In this document: in pieces, positions 1 to 11,220 of the stretch | Position numbering within the stretch: the first letter of the stretch is position 1 | Layout of the letters: each line of letters begins with the position of its first letter | Origin: an uncultured Planctomycetota bacterium | Lineage (GTDB): Bacteria > Planctomycetota > Planctomycetia > Isosphaerales > Isosphaeraceae | Assembly (NCBI GenBank): GCA_963845755.1 | Contig: CAWJTV010000041.1 | Span: forward strand, 224,001-288,000 | DNA: 64,000 bases | Direction: 5' to 3' | Made by a program: the position numbers and the translations under genes | The notes under the pieces: model-generated | Told to the model about the DNA's origin: nothing | What the model saw: the letters and a program-made list of their open reading frames with translations, nothing else | Database searches by the model: none

Positions 1-3000
1 TACGTCTCGTCCCGATTCTATGGCTTCTATTTCTCGGCCCCGTCGATCTCGGATATTCTCCGGATCAATAACACGGGCCAGATCGTGCAGGTCATCCCGA
101 TTTCGTTCGACCCGTACCTCTCTCTCTCCGGTGTGGAGCTGGATCCGGCCAACAACATGCTGTATGCCGCCGTGACGACGAGCTTCAACAGTGGCTCGGT
201 CGACGGCGAGCTGCTCGAGTTCAACCCGGCGACCGGCCAGCAGGTGGCGACCATCACGCTGCCGACCGATAACGCAAACGACGGCTGGTACTACCCGTAC
301 GGGTTCAGCATCGCCTCCGACGGCACGTTCTGGCTCTCGCAGCCGAATAGCCAGAACATCATCCACCTGGATTCGAGCTACAACGAGATCGCCAGCTACT
401 CGACGGCGGGTATGGTGCCCGAGAGCGCCTCGATCGGCACCGACGGCAACGTGTACTTCACCGGCTTCGATGGTCCGAACGGCACTGGCATCTACCAGCT
501 CAACACGACGACCGGCGCGGTGAACTACTTCGCATTCTCCCCCGCGGCCAACATCACCACGACAGCTCCCGGAGGCAGCGGCATCTGGAGCGGCGATACC
601 GACTACGCGGCCCTCCGCTACGACTACAATGGTAACTTCCAGCAGCAAATCGGTTACTTCGGGACGAACCAGGCCCAGACCGATGAGGCTGGCGATATCT
701 GGACCACGAACACTTCCTCTTATGCTCTGTACCAATCGGATCAGTTCAACGACGAATTGACGGGGACGTTCGTGCCGTTGCCGATCGGCCTGTCCATCTG
801 GGGTGTGGACAACCCGAACGCGCCGACGCCGGACACGCAGGATTACTATTCGTTCAGCCTTGCCCAGGGCCAGGACGCAACGATCGTCGCCAAGAGCCTC
901 AATGGCGACAACGTGCACATCACGCTGGTCGACGGCAATGGCGACGTCCTGGCCACCGGGGTGGGCGGATCGACCAACGTCAGCGAGTCGATCGCGAACT
1001 TCGTCGCCGCCTCGGACGGCACGTACTACGTCGAGATCACCGGTGACCCGGGCGTCCAGTACAGCCTGGTGGTGACGCGGGGCGCGACGTTCACGATCCA
1101 GCCCCACAACTCCATCTCCACGGCGGAGAGCGTCACCGGCACGAGTGGGGTCCTGGGCGACCTCGCTACGCCCAGCGCGCCTCTCTACACCCTGGATGAC
1201 CAGCAGGGGGACTTCGGCAATCCCGAGAACCCGATCTGGGCGACCGATCCGACCACCGGAGCTTTTATCGGCAGTCCGATCTTTGCCCCGGGGAACCCGC
1301 TCAACAATCCGTTCGGCCTGAACCTGGCGTTCGACGGGACGTATCTCTATTACAATAACGGTGACACTCTCGGCGACAACACGATCTACAAGATCGATCC
1401 GACGACCGGGAACGTCATCAGCTCGGGCATTCCCGCGGGAGTTCCGTTACTGGGTGGCCTGGCCTATTTCGACGGCGAACTCTACGGAATCGCGGCCTTC
1501 AATCCCAATCTCTACGTCATCGATCCCAGCACGTTCCAGCTCGTCAACACGATCCCGACCGGTCTGGGTACCGAGATCGTGACCGAAGGCCTGGCGGGTG
1601 ATCCCGACCGCGGCGTCCTCTGGGCCGTGTCTCAGGGAGATATCGAGCCCGGTTCCATTTACGAGATCGATCCGACGACCGGTGCCGTGATCGCCTCGGC
1701 ACCGGATAACAGTCAGGGCGCCTACGAGCAGGACATCGCCTATGCGAATGGCCAGTTGATCGTCTCCGATACCCTCGGATTCGGGGCCGGGGAAAACTTC
1801 CTCGATTACTATGACCCGAACACGCTGGCCTTCATCCAGCGCCTGCCGGTGAACACCGAGGGATACGTCTCCGGCCTCGGCGGCGACGGCCTGGGTGGCG
1901 CGCCCCCGGACGACTGGTACTCGGTCAACGTCCAGGCGGGCAATTCGCTGTACCTGCAAAGTTCCACGCCGTCGGATCAGGGCGGCGAGTTCCCCAACAC
2001 CGCGTCGCTGGAGATCGAGCTCTTCGACACGTATGGCAACCTGGTTGCCACGGGCACCAAGCTCGCCGATGGCCGCAACGAGGCCCTCTTCTTCAATGCA
2101 CCGGTCTCCGGACAGTACTATATCGAGGTCAGCGAGGATCCGGGTGGGGCCGGCGAGTACTTCCTCCAGGTCAATACCGCGTCCTACCCGTCGGGCGGCG
2201 TCTCCGGCGAGGTCTACAACGACCTGAATGGGAGCGGCACCTTCGTCCCCGGCGACCCTGGCTTGACGGGCTGGGAGGTTGACCTGTATGACTCCAATAA
2301 CAACTTCATCGCCTCGCAGTTGACCGACGCCAACGGAGATTTCGACTTCCAGGGCCTCGAACCGGGTACCTACACGGTCGTCGAGGACGTCCAACCCGGC
2401 TGGACCCAGACGGCCCCGCCGTCGATCACGTTCACCGTCGCCGTGACCGCCGGCTCGACCGTGACGGGCCTCCAGTTCGGCAACTTCCAGAACATCACCA
2501 TCAGCGGTCAGGCGTTCGACGACCTCAATGGCAATGGGACCGAGGATCCGGGCGAGCCGGGCCTGCCGGGCTGGACCATCGACCTGCTCGATTCTTCGGG
2601 AACTGTGATCGCCACGACCACGACCGACGCCAGCGGCGATTACAGCTTCCCGGACCTTGGGCCCGGCACTTACACCGTGCAGGAAGAGCTCCAGCCCGGC
2701 TGGACCCAGACGGCTCCCCCGCCGCCGGGCACCTACACGGTCGCCGCGACCAGCGGTCAGGACGCCACCGGGCTGCTCTTCGGCAACTACCAGCTCGTAA
2801 CCTACTCGGGCACGGTCTACAACGACCTCAATGGCAACGGCACCCTCGATCCGGGCGATCCCGGCTTGCAGGGCTGGACGGTCGAGCTGATCGAGAACGG
2901 CAGCATCGTCGCGACGACCACCAGCGCCGCCGATGGAAGTTATTCGTTCTCGAATCTCACCTTCGGCGTCTACACGATCGAGGAGATCACCCAGGCCGGC

Positions 3001-4747
3001 TGGTATCAGACCGAACCTCAGCAACCCTTCTCCTACACGGTCACCGCGACCAGCGGTGCGAGCCAGTCGGGGCTGAACTTCGGCAACTTCCAGCTCGTGG
3101 ACGTCTCCGGCGAGGTCTACAACGACCTGAATGAGAACGGCAACCTCGATCCGGGCGAACCGGGCCTGCAAGGCTGGACGGTCAACCTCTTCAATTCGTC
3201 GGGCAACATGGTGGCCACGACCACCAGCGACGCCAACGGGAACTACGAATTCGACAACCTGTTCCCCGGCTCGTTCACGATCTCCGAAGTCCTGATGTCG
3301 GGCTGGACTCAGACCCAGCCGGTGAATCCCGACTTCTACTCGTTCACCACCCAGAGCGGTTTGGACGAGACCGGGCTGAACTTCGGCAACGTCATGCCGG
3401 CAAGCTTCAGCGGCATCGTCTACAACGACCTCAAGGGAACCGGTATCCCCGCGCCCAACGATCCCCTCCTGGCAAACTGGACGATCGACCTGTTCAATCA
3501 GGGGGGCGGCCTGGTCGCCACCACCACGAGCAACGCCCGTGGCCAGTATTCCTTCACCGGCGTGAGTACCGGGACCTACACGATCGAGGAGGTCGTCCAG
3601 CCCGGCTGGGTGATCACCGAACCGACCAACCCTCCGGGGACCTACACCGTCACGGCGACCAGTGGTATCGATCAGAAGGGCTTCAACTTCGGTAACTTCC
3701 ACCTGGCTACCGTCAACGGGAGCGTGTACAACGATCAGGACGGTAATGGCCTTCGCGGTGCGGGCGAGCCGGGCCTGGCTGGTTGGACCGTGGATCTGGA
3801 GGATTCGAGTGGCAACGTGCTGGCATCGGTGCTCACCGACAGTAACGGCAACTACTCGTTCACCGGCGTGGGGGGTGGGACCTACGAGGTCGCGCAGGTT
3901 GTCCAGCCCAACTGGGTTCAGACGCAGCCGTCTTATCCGACCGTTTACACGTTCACCAGCCAGAGCGGCTCGACTCTGAACGCACTCGTCTTCGGCGACC
4001 ATGCTTCGCCGGCCTTGAATCCTGTGGCCGTCATCAGCAACGGCCAGCCCGGCTATGCGGAGACCGGGAGCTGGAGCACGGTCCTGGGAGGTTACAATGG
4101 CACAAACCGGGTCGCCTCGACCACCACCGGTAGCGTGCCCACGGCCACGGCCACGTGGACCTTCAGCGGTCTGCCCGTCGGCTCCTATCTTGTCTACGTC
4201 ACGTACGCGGGGAAGGGTAATTACTCGACGGCGGCTCCCTTCACCGCCTATGACGGCGGCACCTCCCTGGGCACGGTCGAACATCAACGAGTCGATCCTG
4301 GTGACCCAGAGCCAGGGAGGACTGGACCAGGGGAGCTACGGCGGGGTTGGATGGCTGCAACTGGGGTCGTACTCGATCAATAGCGGCAATCTCGACGTCA
4401 TGTTGAGCAATAAAGCCAGCGGCCACTTCGTGGACGCGAACGGCATCCTCATCGTTCCCCAGGGGGCGGGGGTCGTGAAGAGCCCGATCTCCGTCCCAAT
4501 CACCAGCGTCCCGCTCGGCCTGACCGTCACTCCGACGGTCGGTGCGACAACCCAGTCCAAGACGCCATCGACAACCGCGAGTGCCACGCCGGCGACGGTC
4601 GTGATCAACGGCGTCTCCGCGCCGAGTGCCGTTCGCGTGGTCTACAACCAAGGCACCCCGGCGAGCGCCACCACGACGCCCGCCAGCCTGATCGACGTGG
4701 CCCTGAGCCAGCTCGATAAGGCCAGCGCGAAGAAGCTCCCTGCGTGA
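1..4747 (+). CDS. Large secreted protein (5'-truncated): beta-propeller-like segments, PPC domains, 6 SdrD B-like repeats, golvesin/CBM-like C-terminal domain
   Basis: Frame is open from base 1. PPC motifs DYYSFSL and DDWYSVNV; six repeats of SGxVYNDLNGNG..DPGEPGLxGWTVxL between ~2190 and 4000; ATATWTFSGLPVGSYLVYVTY. A frameshift at ~4279 joins ORF 85..4383 to ORF 4055..4747 (NINESIL..GGVGWLQLGSY). Confidence 0.85.
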
Positions 4748-4759
4748 CAGTCAGTGACC

Positions 4760-4806
4760 GTTACCGGGGGTACCATTTTTTCCGCGAGGAGGGTACCCCC
4801 CGTGAC
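4760..4806 (+). terminator. Inverted repeat downstream of the SdrD protein (possible terminator)
   Basis: gttaccgggggtacc ... ggtaccccccgtgac are near-perfect inverted arms starting just after the stop codon; there is no clear U tract. Confidence 0.4.
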
Positions 4807-5384
4807 TCCAATGTGCCATGCTCTCGTCGCCGCGAACCCCCCTCAGTTCACAACTGTCGGGTGTTTGCGGCGACGAGAGCGTGGCCCGTGGGGGGAGAGT
4901 CCGGCTGGCCGAAAAAAATGCGTCCTTCCTGCACGAAACCCACACGATGCTGGCGGTCGGTCCGCCATTCGCACCGGGTCTAGTGACTCAACACAACCGC
5001 ACATAACCGAACGCTCTCATCCTGCCAGAGTCGCTGTTCACGCGGCGCCACGGACGACTGCTCGCTTCGGCAGCCACTACCTCAACAGGCGGGTTCACAA
5101 CCCCAATGTTGATAATATTGAACGTATCTGGAAATCGGATGTAAACCCCAGTATCCTGCTACAGCTCGAACCGACCTTCGGCAGGATGGATGCCGTGTTG
5201 AAGGGACCAGGACCTCCGTAAGAGGCCGGCCGATTCAAGAGCAAGACGCCCCAAGACACTCCTGCCTTGTTTGAATCTTGAATGGCCTAGGTATGCGCAG
5301 GATGAAGGGATCCTACGGAGGAAGACGCTCTTTTTTCATTCGGCTCCATGATCGGGAGCAACCGGGATATTACATCCGAGAGGA

Positions 5385-6046
5385 ATGAAGTTCATGATCG
5401 CCTCCAGTCGAAAGTTATTGGGAATTGCCCCCTGGGTCGCCGTGCTGACCCTCGCCCTGGTGCTCACGGGCGTGCCGACTCGGTCGCTGTCACGATCACG
5501 CCCGATCCTGGCAATACCATGAACAATGGTTTTGGCTACTCGCTGGGATACGAGTTCATGGCGAACTCCAACATCACGGTCACGGCGCTGGGCTATTTTG
5601 TAGACACCACCTTGACCGAGTCGCATGACGTCGGCTTGTACGACATGACCACCCAGACCCTTCTTGCGTCAACCACCATAGTGAACGGCGACACGATGGT
5701 GGCGAACTTCGCGTACAGTGCGATTGCGCCCGTGATGCTGACTGCGGGAGATGATTACGCGATCGTGGGGACGTCAGGCTTCAATGACAAATACGCGTTC
5801 GACCCGACCTCATTCAGCACCGATCCCCGCATCAGCTTTGTCCAGTCGGCATACAATCCGTTCAACGGTAATACTCTGAGTTTTCCGGATGTCTTCGATC
5901 CTACCGTCACCGGATATTTCGGACCTAATTTTATGATTGCTCCTTCAGGTATTGTCCCCGAGCCCTCCACACTGACGTTGGGTGGCTTGGCGGTGTTGGG
6001 GGGCGTCTTGGTCTCCTGGCGTCGCCGGCTCTCGCGGACGGCCTGA
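5385..6046 (+). CDS. PEP-CTERM sorting-domain protein with DUF4082-like domain
   Basis: C-terminus VPEPSTLTLGGLAVLGGVLVSWRRR; core SLGYEF..NSNITVTALGYF..HDVGLYD. The likely true start is ATG 5385 (gagagga RBS), giving signal peptide MKFMIASSRKLLGIAPWVAVLTLAL in another frame, with a frameshift near 5455-5475. Confidence 0.85.
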
Positions 6047-6107
6047 GATGAGATGTGCCTGCTCGGCCCGAGCACGACTTCGGGCCGGGATTCCCTCCTT
6101 CGGTAGA

Positions 6108-6260
6108 GTCTTCCTCCGGTAGGATCCCTCGCCGTGCGGCGCCTCTGGGGAATCCGGGATTCCCGATTCGAGATTCCCGAGGGGAACGATTCCTGGATCG
6201 GGAATCCGGAATCTCGAATCGGGAATTCCTCATTGGGTTGCAGCCGAAAGCCGCGTAAGG
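6108..6260 (+). repeat. Heptamer-based palindromic element, copy A
   Basis: GATTCCC/GATTCGA units opposed by GGGAATC/TCGAATC; ends in cattgggttgcagccgaaagccgcgtaagg; near-identical to copies B and C. Confidence 0.9.
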
Positions 6261-6391
6261 GAGTGACTCGCGGGACTGTCAGGGCCGAACATAACCACGG
6301 ATCACGCGGGGGGGACACGGATCGGTTGGAACGAACTCTTGATTCACATCCGTGTCCTTCCGAGTGATCCATGGTTAAAGGGGTTCTGAGC

Positions 6392-6571
6392 GTCATCCTC
6401 CGTAGGATCTCCGCGCCGTGCCGCGCCTCTGGGGAATCCGGGATTCCCGATTCGAGATTCCCGATTCGAGATTCCCGATTCGAGATTCCCAAGGGAACGA
6501 TTCCTGGATCGGGAATCCGGAATCTCGAATCGGGAATTCCTCATTGGGTTGCGGCCGAAGGCCGCGTTAGG
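6392..6571 (+). repeat. Heptamer-based palindromic element, copy B
   Basis: Same element with three 14-bp GATTCGAGATTCCC units and a terminal GCGGCC-GAA-GGCCGC hairpin. Confidence 0.9.
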
Positions 6572-6761
6572 CTGGGAGCTCACATACCGACGCGGCGGAG
6601 CCGCAAGCCGGGAGCAAGCGCCTCACTCGCGGATGAGAGGCCCGGAGTCCGTGTGGCACGCTTTCGTTATTCGCGAAAGATGGGGCGACAGCCGGCGCGG
6701 GTTTTGGTAGATTCCCCAGCCGGCTGAGGATCGAGGCTGATGGCATGGAGGGGCACGGAGC

Positions 6762-7571
6762 ATGGACGCTCGTCGTGATGAGGACCGTTGCGCGCGCCAG
6801 TTCGCGCGGCTGGCTCCGCTCGGGTTGGGACTGATTCTGCCGTTCCTGGGCGGGGCTTCCGCCTCGTACCGCTCGACCAACTTCGTCGTCGAGGCAGCGA
6901 CCCGGGAAACCGCCCGGCGAGTCGCGGAGCATGCCGAGGTCTGCCGCACCACAATCGCGCGGGCCTGGCTCGGCCACGAAATCCCTAACTGGAGAACACC
7001 TTGCCCGGTCCGGGTCAAGCTGACCATGGGCGAGGCCGGCGGCCTGACCTCGTTCGGCTTCCACCAGGGGCGAGTCACCGACCAGAGCATGACCGTCGAG
7101 GGGCGGCTCGACCGGATCCTGGCCTCCGCGCTCCCCCACGAGATCACTCACACGATCTTCGCGGCCTATTTCGGCGGCCCGATGCCCCGATGGGCCGACG
7201 AGGGTGCATCCCTCCTCAGCGAGGACCTGTTCGAACGCCGGCGCCACGACCAGATCGCCATCGATCTGTTCGGCCGCCGCGGCGAGCTCCCGCTGGCACG
7301 CCTCTTCCTCGTCGAGAACTATCCCAAGGACCTGATGGGCTTCTACGGCCAGGGTTACTCGATCTCGAAGTTCCTCATCGAGATGGGCGGACGACCCCGC
7401 TTCCTGGAATTCGTCCGCGACGGGATGAAGCAGGGCTGGGACAACGCGACGCGGACCCACTACCAACTGGCCGGCGTCCGCGAGCTCGACCGCGCCTGGC
7501 GCTCGTGGCACCGCGTCGCGATCGCGTCCGGACACGCCGACCAGCCCGACGACATCATGGCCTTCCATTGA
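6762..7571 (+). CDS. Secreted zinc metallopeptidase-like protein (peptidase MA-like, planctomycete family)
   Basis: Signal-like hydrophobic stretch; HExxH in SALPHEITH; downstream PRWADEGAS and FYGQGYS. Confidence 0.75.
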   Translation: MDARRDEDRCARQFARLAPLGLGLILPFLGGASASYRSTNFVVEAATRETARRVAEHAEVCRTTIARAWLGHEIPNWRTPCPVRVKLTMGEAGGLTSFGFHQGRVTDQSMTVEGRLDRILASALPHEITHTIFAAYFGGPMPRWADEGASLLSEDLFERRRHDQIAIDLFGRRGELPLARLFLVENYPKDLMGFYGQGYSISKFLIEMGGRPRFLEFVRDGMKQGWDNATRTHYQLAGVRELDRAWRSWHRVAIASGHADQPDDIMAFH

Positions 7572-7594
7572 GGAATCGAGTTGGACCTGGGGAC

Positions 7595-9409
7595 TCAGGG
7601 GACCGTGGCGATCTCGGTGGGCTCGCTCCAGGGTCCGAAGATCCATTTCTGCCGCTTCTCTCGCGGGAAATCGGGGTTCCAGATCACCACTCGGGAGCGA
7701 TAGCGGTACGTCCGGCCGGCTTCGATCGTGAAGTCCAGGGTGCGGAGCATCAAGACCGGGGATTCGGCCTCGGGCGGCGCATTGAAGTGGCGAGCCAACA
7801 GGTCGGCCTGGCCAGGAGCTTCCCCGGCGCGACCTGCGGATCCTCGGCCGGTTTGTCCAGGGCCGGAACGAAGGACTCGACGTCGACCCCGCGCCACTCC
7901 CCGGCCTTGAGAAACGGCAAGGGATCGACCAGGTTCTGCACGCGGAACTCCTCCAGCGCCCGTTCCGCTTCCAACTCGGTGAGATTGTCCAGGATCTTCA
8001 GGTTGGCCTCCGCGTCGACCGACCGCCAGGCCGACCAGGAACCATCCTTCTGGAGCGTTTTTCGTTCCAGCTCGACGCGACAGTAGATTTCGTTCGCGGG
8101 CTTCAAGACGCGTCGACCGCCATCGCGGTACCACCACTGAGTCCGGCGGTGATCGATGATGCCCGTGACTACCGCCCAGCGGACCTCGCGCATTTCTTCC
8201 GTGAAAACGGTCCGGATCCGGGTTCTCTTCTTCCGAACGCCTCCTCCCATCATGCCCATCATTCCGCCCATCATCGCACCCTGGTTTCGACTCTTCTTCC
8301 TGACTTGCTGAGGGATTCGCTCACCTTCCGCGTCGAGGGCGAATGCCACGATCTCGCCCCGACCGGCCGCGGCTTTCACCTGTCGAGGAGCGGGGACGGT
8401 GAACGACTTGCGGATCGGCGCGTTTTCCGCGTCCTGACGGACCTCCGGCCGCGCCGCGGTGCGCGGATCCTCCTGGCCGGGCTGTCCCGACCTCGCCACC
8501 GATTGCCAGAGGGTCCCGCAGACGAGGACGCCACCGGCCAGACCCCAGAGCACGCGATTCAGCTTGCCGAGTAACATGGATCGGAGTCCTCCCTGGATCA
8601 AGGACTGGACCGAGCCGCTCAGGACGGTCCCCGTGCGGGCCGGGTCGGCGGCGACGGTCCCACAGAGGCGGATGACCCGCTGGATTAACGATGGGGAGAA
8701 TCCGCGGGCCTCGAGCGCCCGCGAACATCGGGACCGGACGGGAATCTCCGGATCCCGACGGCGCTGGCATGCGGATTCCCTGTCGAGTCAAGCTCGTTCG
8801 CAGACGTCGGCGCGCCCGAGCCAGGCGGCTCTGGACGGTGCCCAACGGCAGATTCAAGCGCCGGGCCACCTGGCGGTAACTCAGGCCCTCGAGGTCGCAC
8901 AATACGACGACCGCACGCGAAGGGGCAGGCAAGCGTCTGATCTCGGAATGGACGATTGCCAGATCATCGTCGCCGAGGCCGGGCGATGGATCCGCACGCG
9001 GTCGATCAGTGGCCTCGCTCCGCAACCCGGCCGCCGCGCGTTCCATCGTCCGCTGCCGGGCCGACGCGGATCGGATGCTCAGTCCCGTCCGGTAGGCGAC
9101 GACGTGAAGCCAGGAGCCGAGTGTTTCACGGATCCGAAGGGAGGCCGCTTTTCGGACCAGGATCAGGAACGTCGCCTGAAACGCATCCTCGGCGTCGTGA
9201 GGATCGCGGACCATCGCCCGACAGACGCCCCAGACCATCGGCGCATGCCGCTCGATCAACGTAGCCAGGACGAGCTCGGCACCCGCGTGGTCCCGGTCCT
9301 GGTTGGCCGACTGGAATCGGTCGAGGAGCTCCCGGTCCGATAGGCCGGTCAGGGTGCCGACATCATAAAGTGCCTGGAGATGATGGAGCACGACGGATGA
9401 GTCCCCCAT
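7595..9409 (-). CDS. ECF sigma-70 factor with TM helix and long C-terminal extension (2 frameshifts)
   Basis: Sigma2 HDAEDAFQATFLILVRKA and sigma4 LEGLSYRQVARRLNLPLGTVQSRLARAR. Continues through ORF 7750..8601 (TM VLWGLAGGVLVCGTL) and ORF 7595..8137 (LDFTIEAGRTYRYRSRVVIWNP). Confidence 0.8.
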
Positions 9410-9562
9410 CCGCCGCCGCGGGTCATGACCGATCGAAACGCCATGCTCCGCGACGGCCGCCCTCAGTGTGGATCACCAGAGTAATAGAGGGACGGCGCGG
9501 AGATTTGTTCCCCGGATTCTCGTCGGGAGACCCGACTGTTGCCGACTTGCCTGTCCGGGGGC

Positions 9563-10228
9563 TCAGTCCTGGAGCTCGAGGGTCGCCCAGAGGCTGGGGT
9601 TCTCGCCGATCGGGAAATCCCGGCCGACGCCCAGGAACTGGTCGTCGCGGGCGTGGTCGGAGACCTGGTACGCAAACCCCAGCCGGCGATTCGTCTCGGG
9701 GTCGAACCCGTTGAGGGCCTGGGCCGGCAGGAAGACCTCGAGCGACCAGCCGGCACGCGTCAGCTCGGCGCGAGAGGCGATCAGGCCGGGCTGGCACAGG
9801 GGTGCATCGGCGACGGCACGCGCGATCGGCCGCGGAACGACCTCGACCTCCAGCTTCCGCCCGGGCATGCGCAGCCGGAGCGAGGCCGCGAAGCGGTGAC
9901 AGAACCGCGACGCCCGGCTGATGTCGCGGGTGTCGCGCGTGTCCACCCAGAGCTGGACATCGGCGAACCCCTCCGGACGATCGGGCGCGAGCTGCAAGTC
10001 CGAGAGCCCCTGCGCCCGCACGGCGATTCCCAGGCCGCGCACGTTCCACGCCAGGCGGACCTCCGCCCAGGACGTGCGACCTTCCAGTTCACTCCCATCG
10101 GGTAGGGCACACGACTCCGGCAAATCCAGGAGCGGTTGCCGGCCATCCGGCCGCGGTATTTCGTCGAGCCGGGGACACGGAACCGCGAGCCGGAACCAGA
10201 ACGCCTGCGGCAGCAACATCTTCGTCAT
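9563..10228 (-). CDS. Conserved planctomycete protein, CBM9/DOMON-like fold
   Basis: Clean ORF; VRLAWN..GL, LWVDTRD, WSLEVFLP and LGFAYQVSD motifs resemble CBM9-like beta-sandwich proteins. Confidence 0.6.
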   Translation of the reverse strand: MTKMLLPQAFWFRLAVPCPRLDEIPRPDGRQPLLDLPESCALPDGSELEGRTSWAEVRLAWNVRGLGIAVRAQGLSDLQLAPDRPEGFADVQLWVDTRDTRDISRASRFCHRFAASLRLRMPGRKLEVEVVPRPIARAVADAPLCQPGLIASRAELTRAGWSLEVFLPAQALNGFDPETNRRLGFAYQVSDHARDDQFLGVGRDFPIGENPSLWATLELQD

Positions 10229-10269
10229 GATGGTGCGCTCCCTCGCCCCTCGATTCGATGCGGGCGGCT

Positions 10270-10615
10270 TTACTCCAAAGTCTGATCCACGTAGGGTTTA
10301 TGGAAGGGGTTGGGCTTCATCAAGGCGGCGATGATCACGTAGACCCCGAGTCCCACGAAGAGAACGACCGGGCTGAACCGCATCATCGCCCAGGCGGCGA
10401 TGAGCAGGAGCCAGAGCCCACCGTGCATGGGCTGCCATCCCGACCCGTGCGCCGAGCCCTGAATCAGTGCCGTGATCCCCGCAAGGAACAAGATCCCGGG
10501 GAACCAATACCTGGTTGCAAGCAAGACTCCCAGTCCGATCAGCCAGATCCCGCCGGTCACGGCGTTGGCGCGTTGCGAGTTCCACCACATAAGACGCTCC
10601 CGCCTGCTCAATCAT
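10270..10615 (-). CDS. Small multi-pass membrane protein
   Basis: Four hydrophobic segments (GGIWLIGLGVLL, WFPGILFLAGI, ...). The ATG at 10615 has an RBS but lies in another frame from the body of the ORF. Confidence 0.7.
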
Positions 10616-10649
10616 GCTCCCTTGATCGAAGCCGGCACACGCGACCGCT

Positions 10650-11198
10650 TCATCTCGACCGAATGTTCATTCGAGGATCACCGCGGAATCTTTGACGGAT
10701 TCTGCGCGAAGACCAGTCGGATGCGACTGGCTCACGGTCCAGGCGAGCCAGCAGGTTGACCATCTCGATGGCCGCCAGCGCGGCGTCGGCCCCCTTGTTG
10801 CCGGATTTCAGTCCCGCGCGATTCAGCGCCTGCTCGACCGATTCGGTCGTGAGGATCCCGAAGATGACCGGGACTCCCGTCGCCAACCCGGCCTGCATCA
10901 CCCCGGCCGCCGCCTGACCGGCGACGTGATCGTAGTGCGACGTCTCGCCGCGGATCACGCAACCCAGGCAGATGACGGCCGCATAACGCCCGCTCCCGGC
11001 CAGCTTGCGGGCAACCAGCGGGATCTCGAAGGAGCCGGGCACCCACGCCACGTCGATCCGGTCCTCGGCCACGCCGTGCCGGACCAACGCGTCACGACAG
11101 CCGGCCAGGAGCGCCTCGGTCACCAGCGCATTGAACCGCGCCGCGACGATCGCGAACCGGCCGGGGGGAGTCGAATAATCGCCGAGGAATTCCGCCAT
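10650..11198 (-). CDS. ribH: 6,7-dimethyl-8-ribityllumazine synthase
   Basis: [55 protein letters not shown]. Confidence 0.97.
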   Translation of the reverse strand: MAEFLGDYSTPPGRFAIVAARFNALVTEALLAGCRDALVRHGVAEDRIDVAWVPGSFEIPLVARKLAGSGRYAAVICLGCVIRGETSHYDHVAGQAAAGVMQAGLATGVPVIFGILTTESVEQALNRAGLKSGNKGADAALAAIEMVNLLARLDREPVASDWSSRRIRQRFRGDPRMNIRSR

Positions 11199-11220
11199 GG
11201 CATTCGTCCACTTGCCGACT

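Noticed and set aside
1447..4287. Long antisense and alternative-frame ORFs (also 11197..12786, 19846..21573, 29481..31259, 52499..54154 and 55572..57104)
   Set aside because: Shadow ORFs of well-supported genes in GC-rich DNA, with no motifs of their own.
5283..5297. Sigma54 promoter for the PEP-CTERM gene (TGGCCTAGGTATGC)
   Set aside because: The GG-to-GC spacing is one base short of the required -24/-12 geometry.
6108..6571. CRISPR array
   Set aside because: The units are 7/14-bp tandem repeats inside 150-180 bp elements; there is no regular repeat-spacer pattern and no cas gene.
10650..10740. Novel C-terminal extension of RibH
   Set aside because: A short low-information tail, likely a stop codon lost through an indel.
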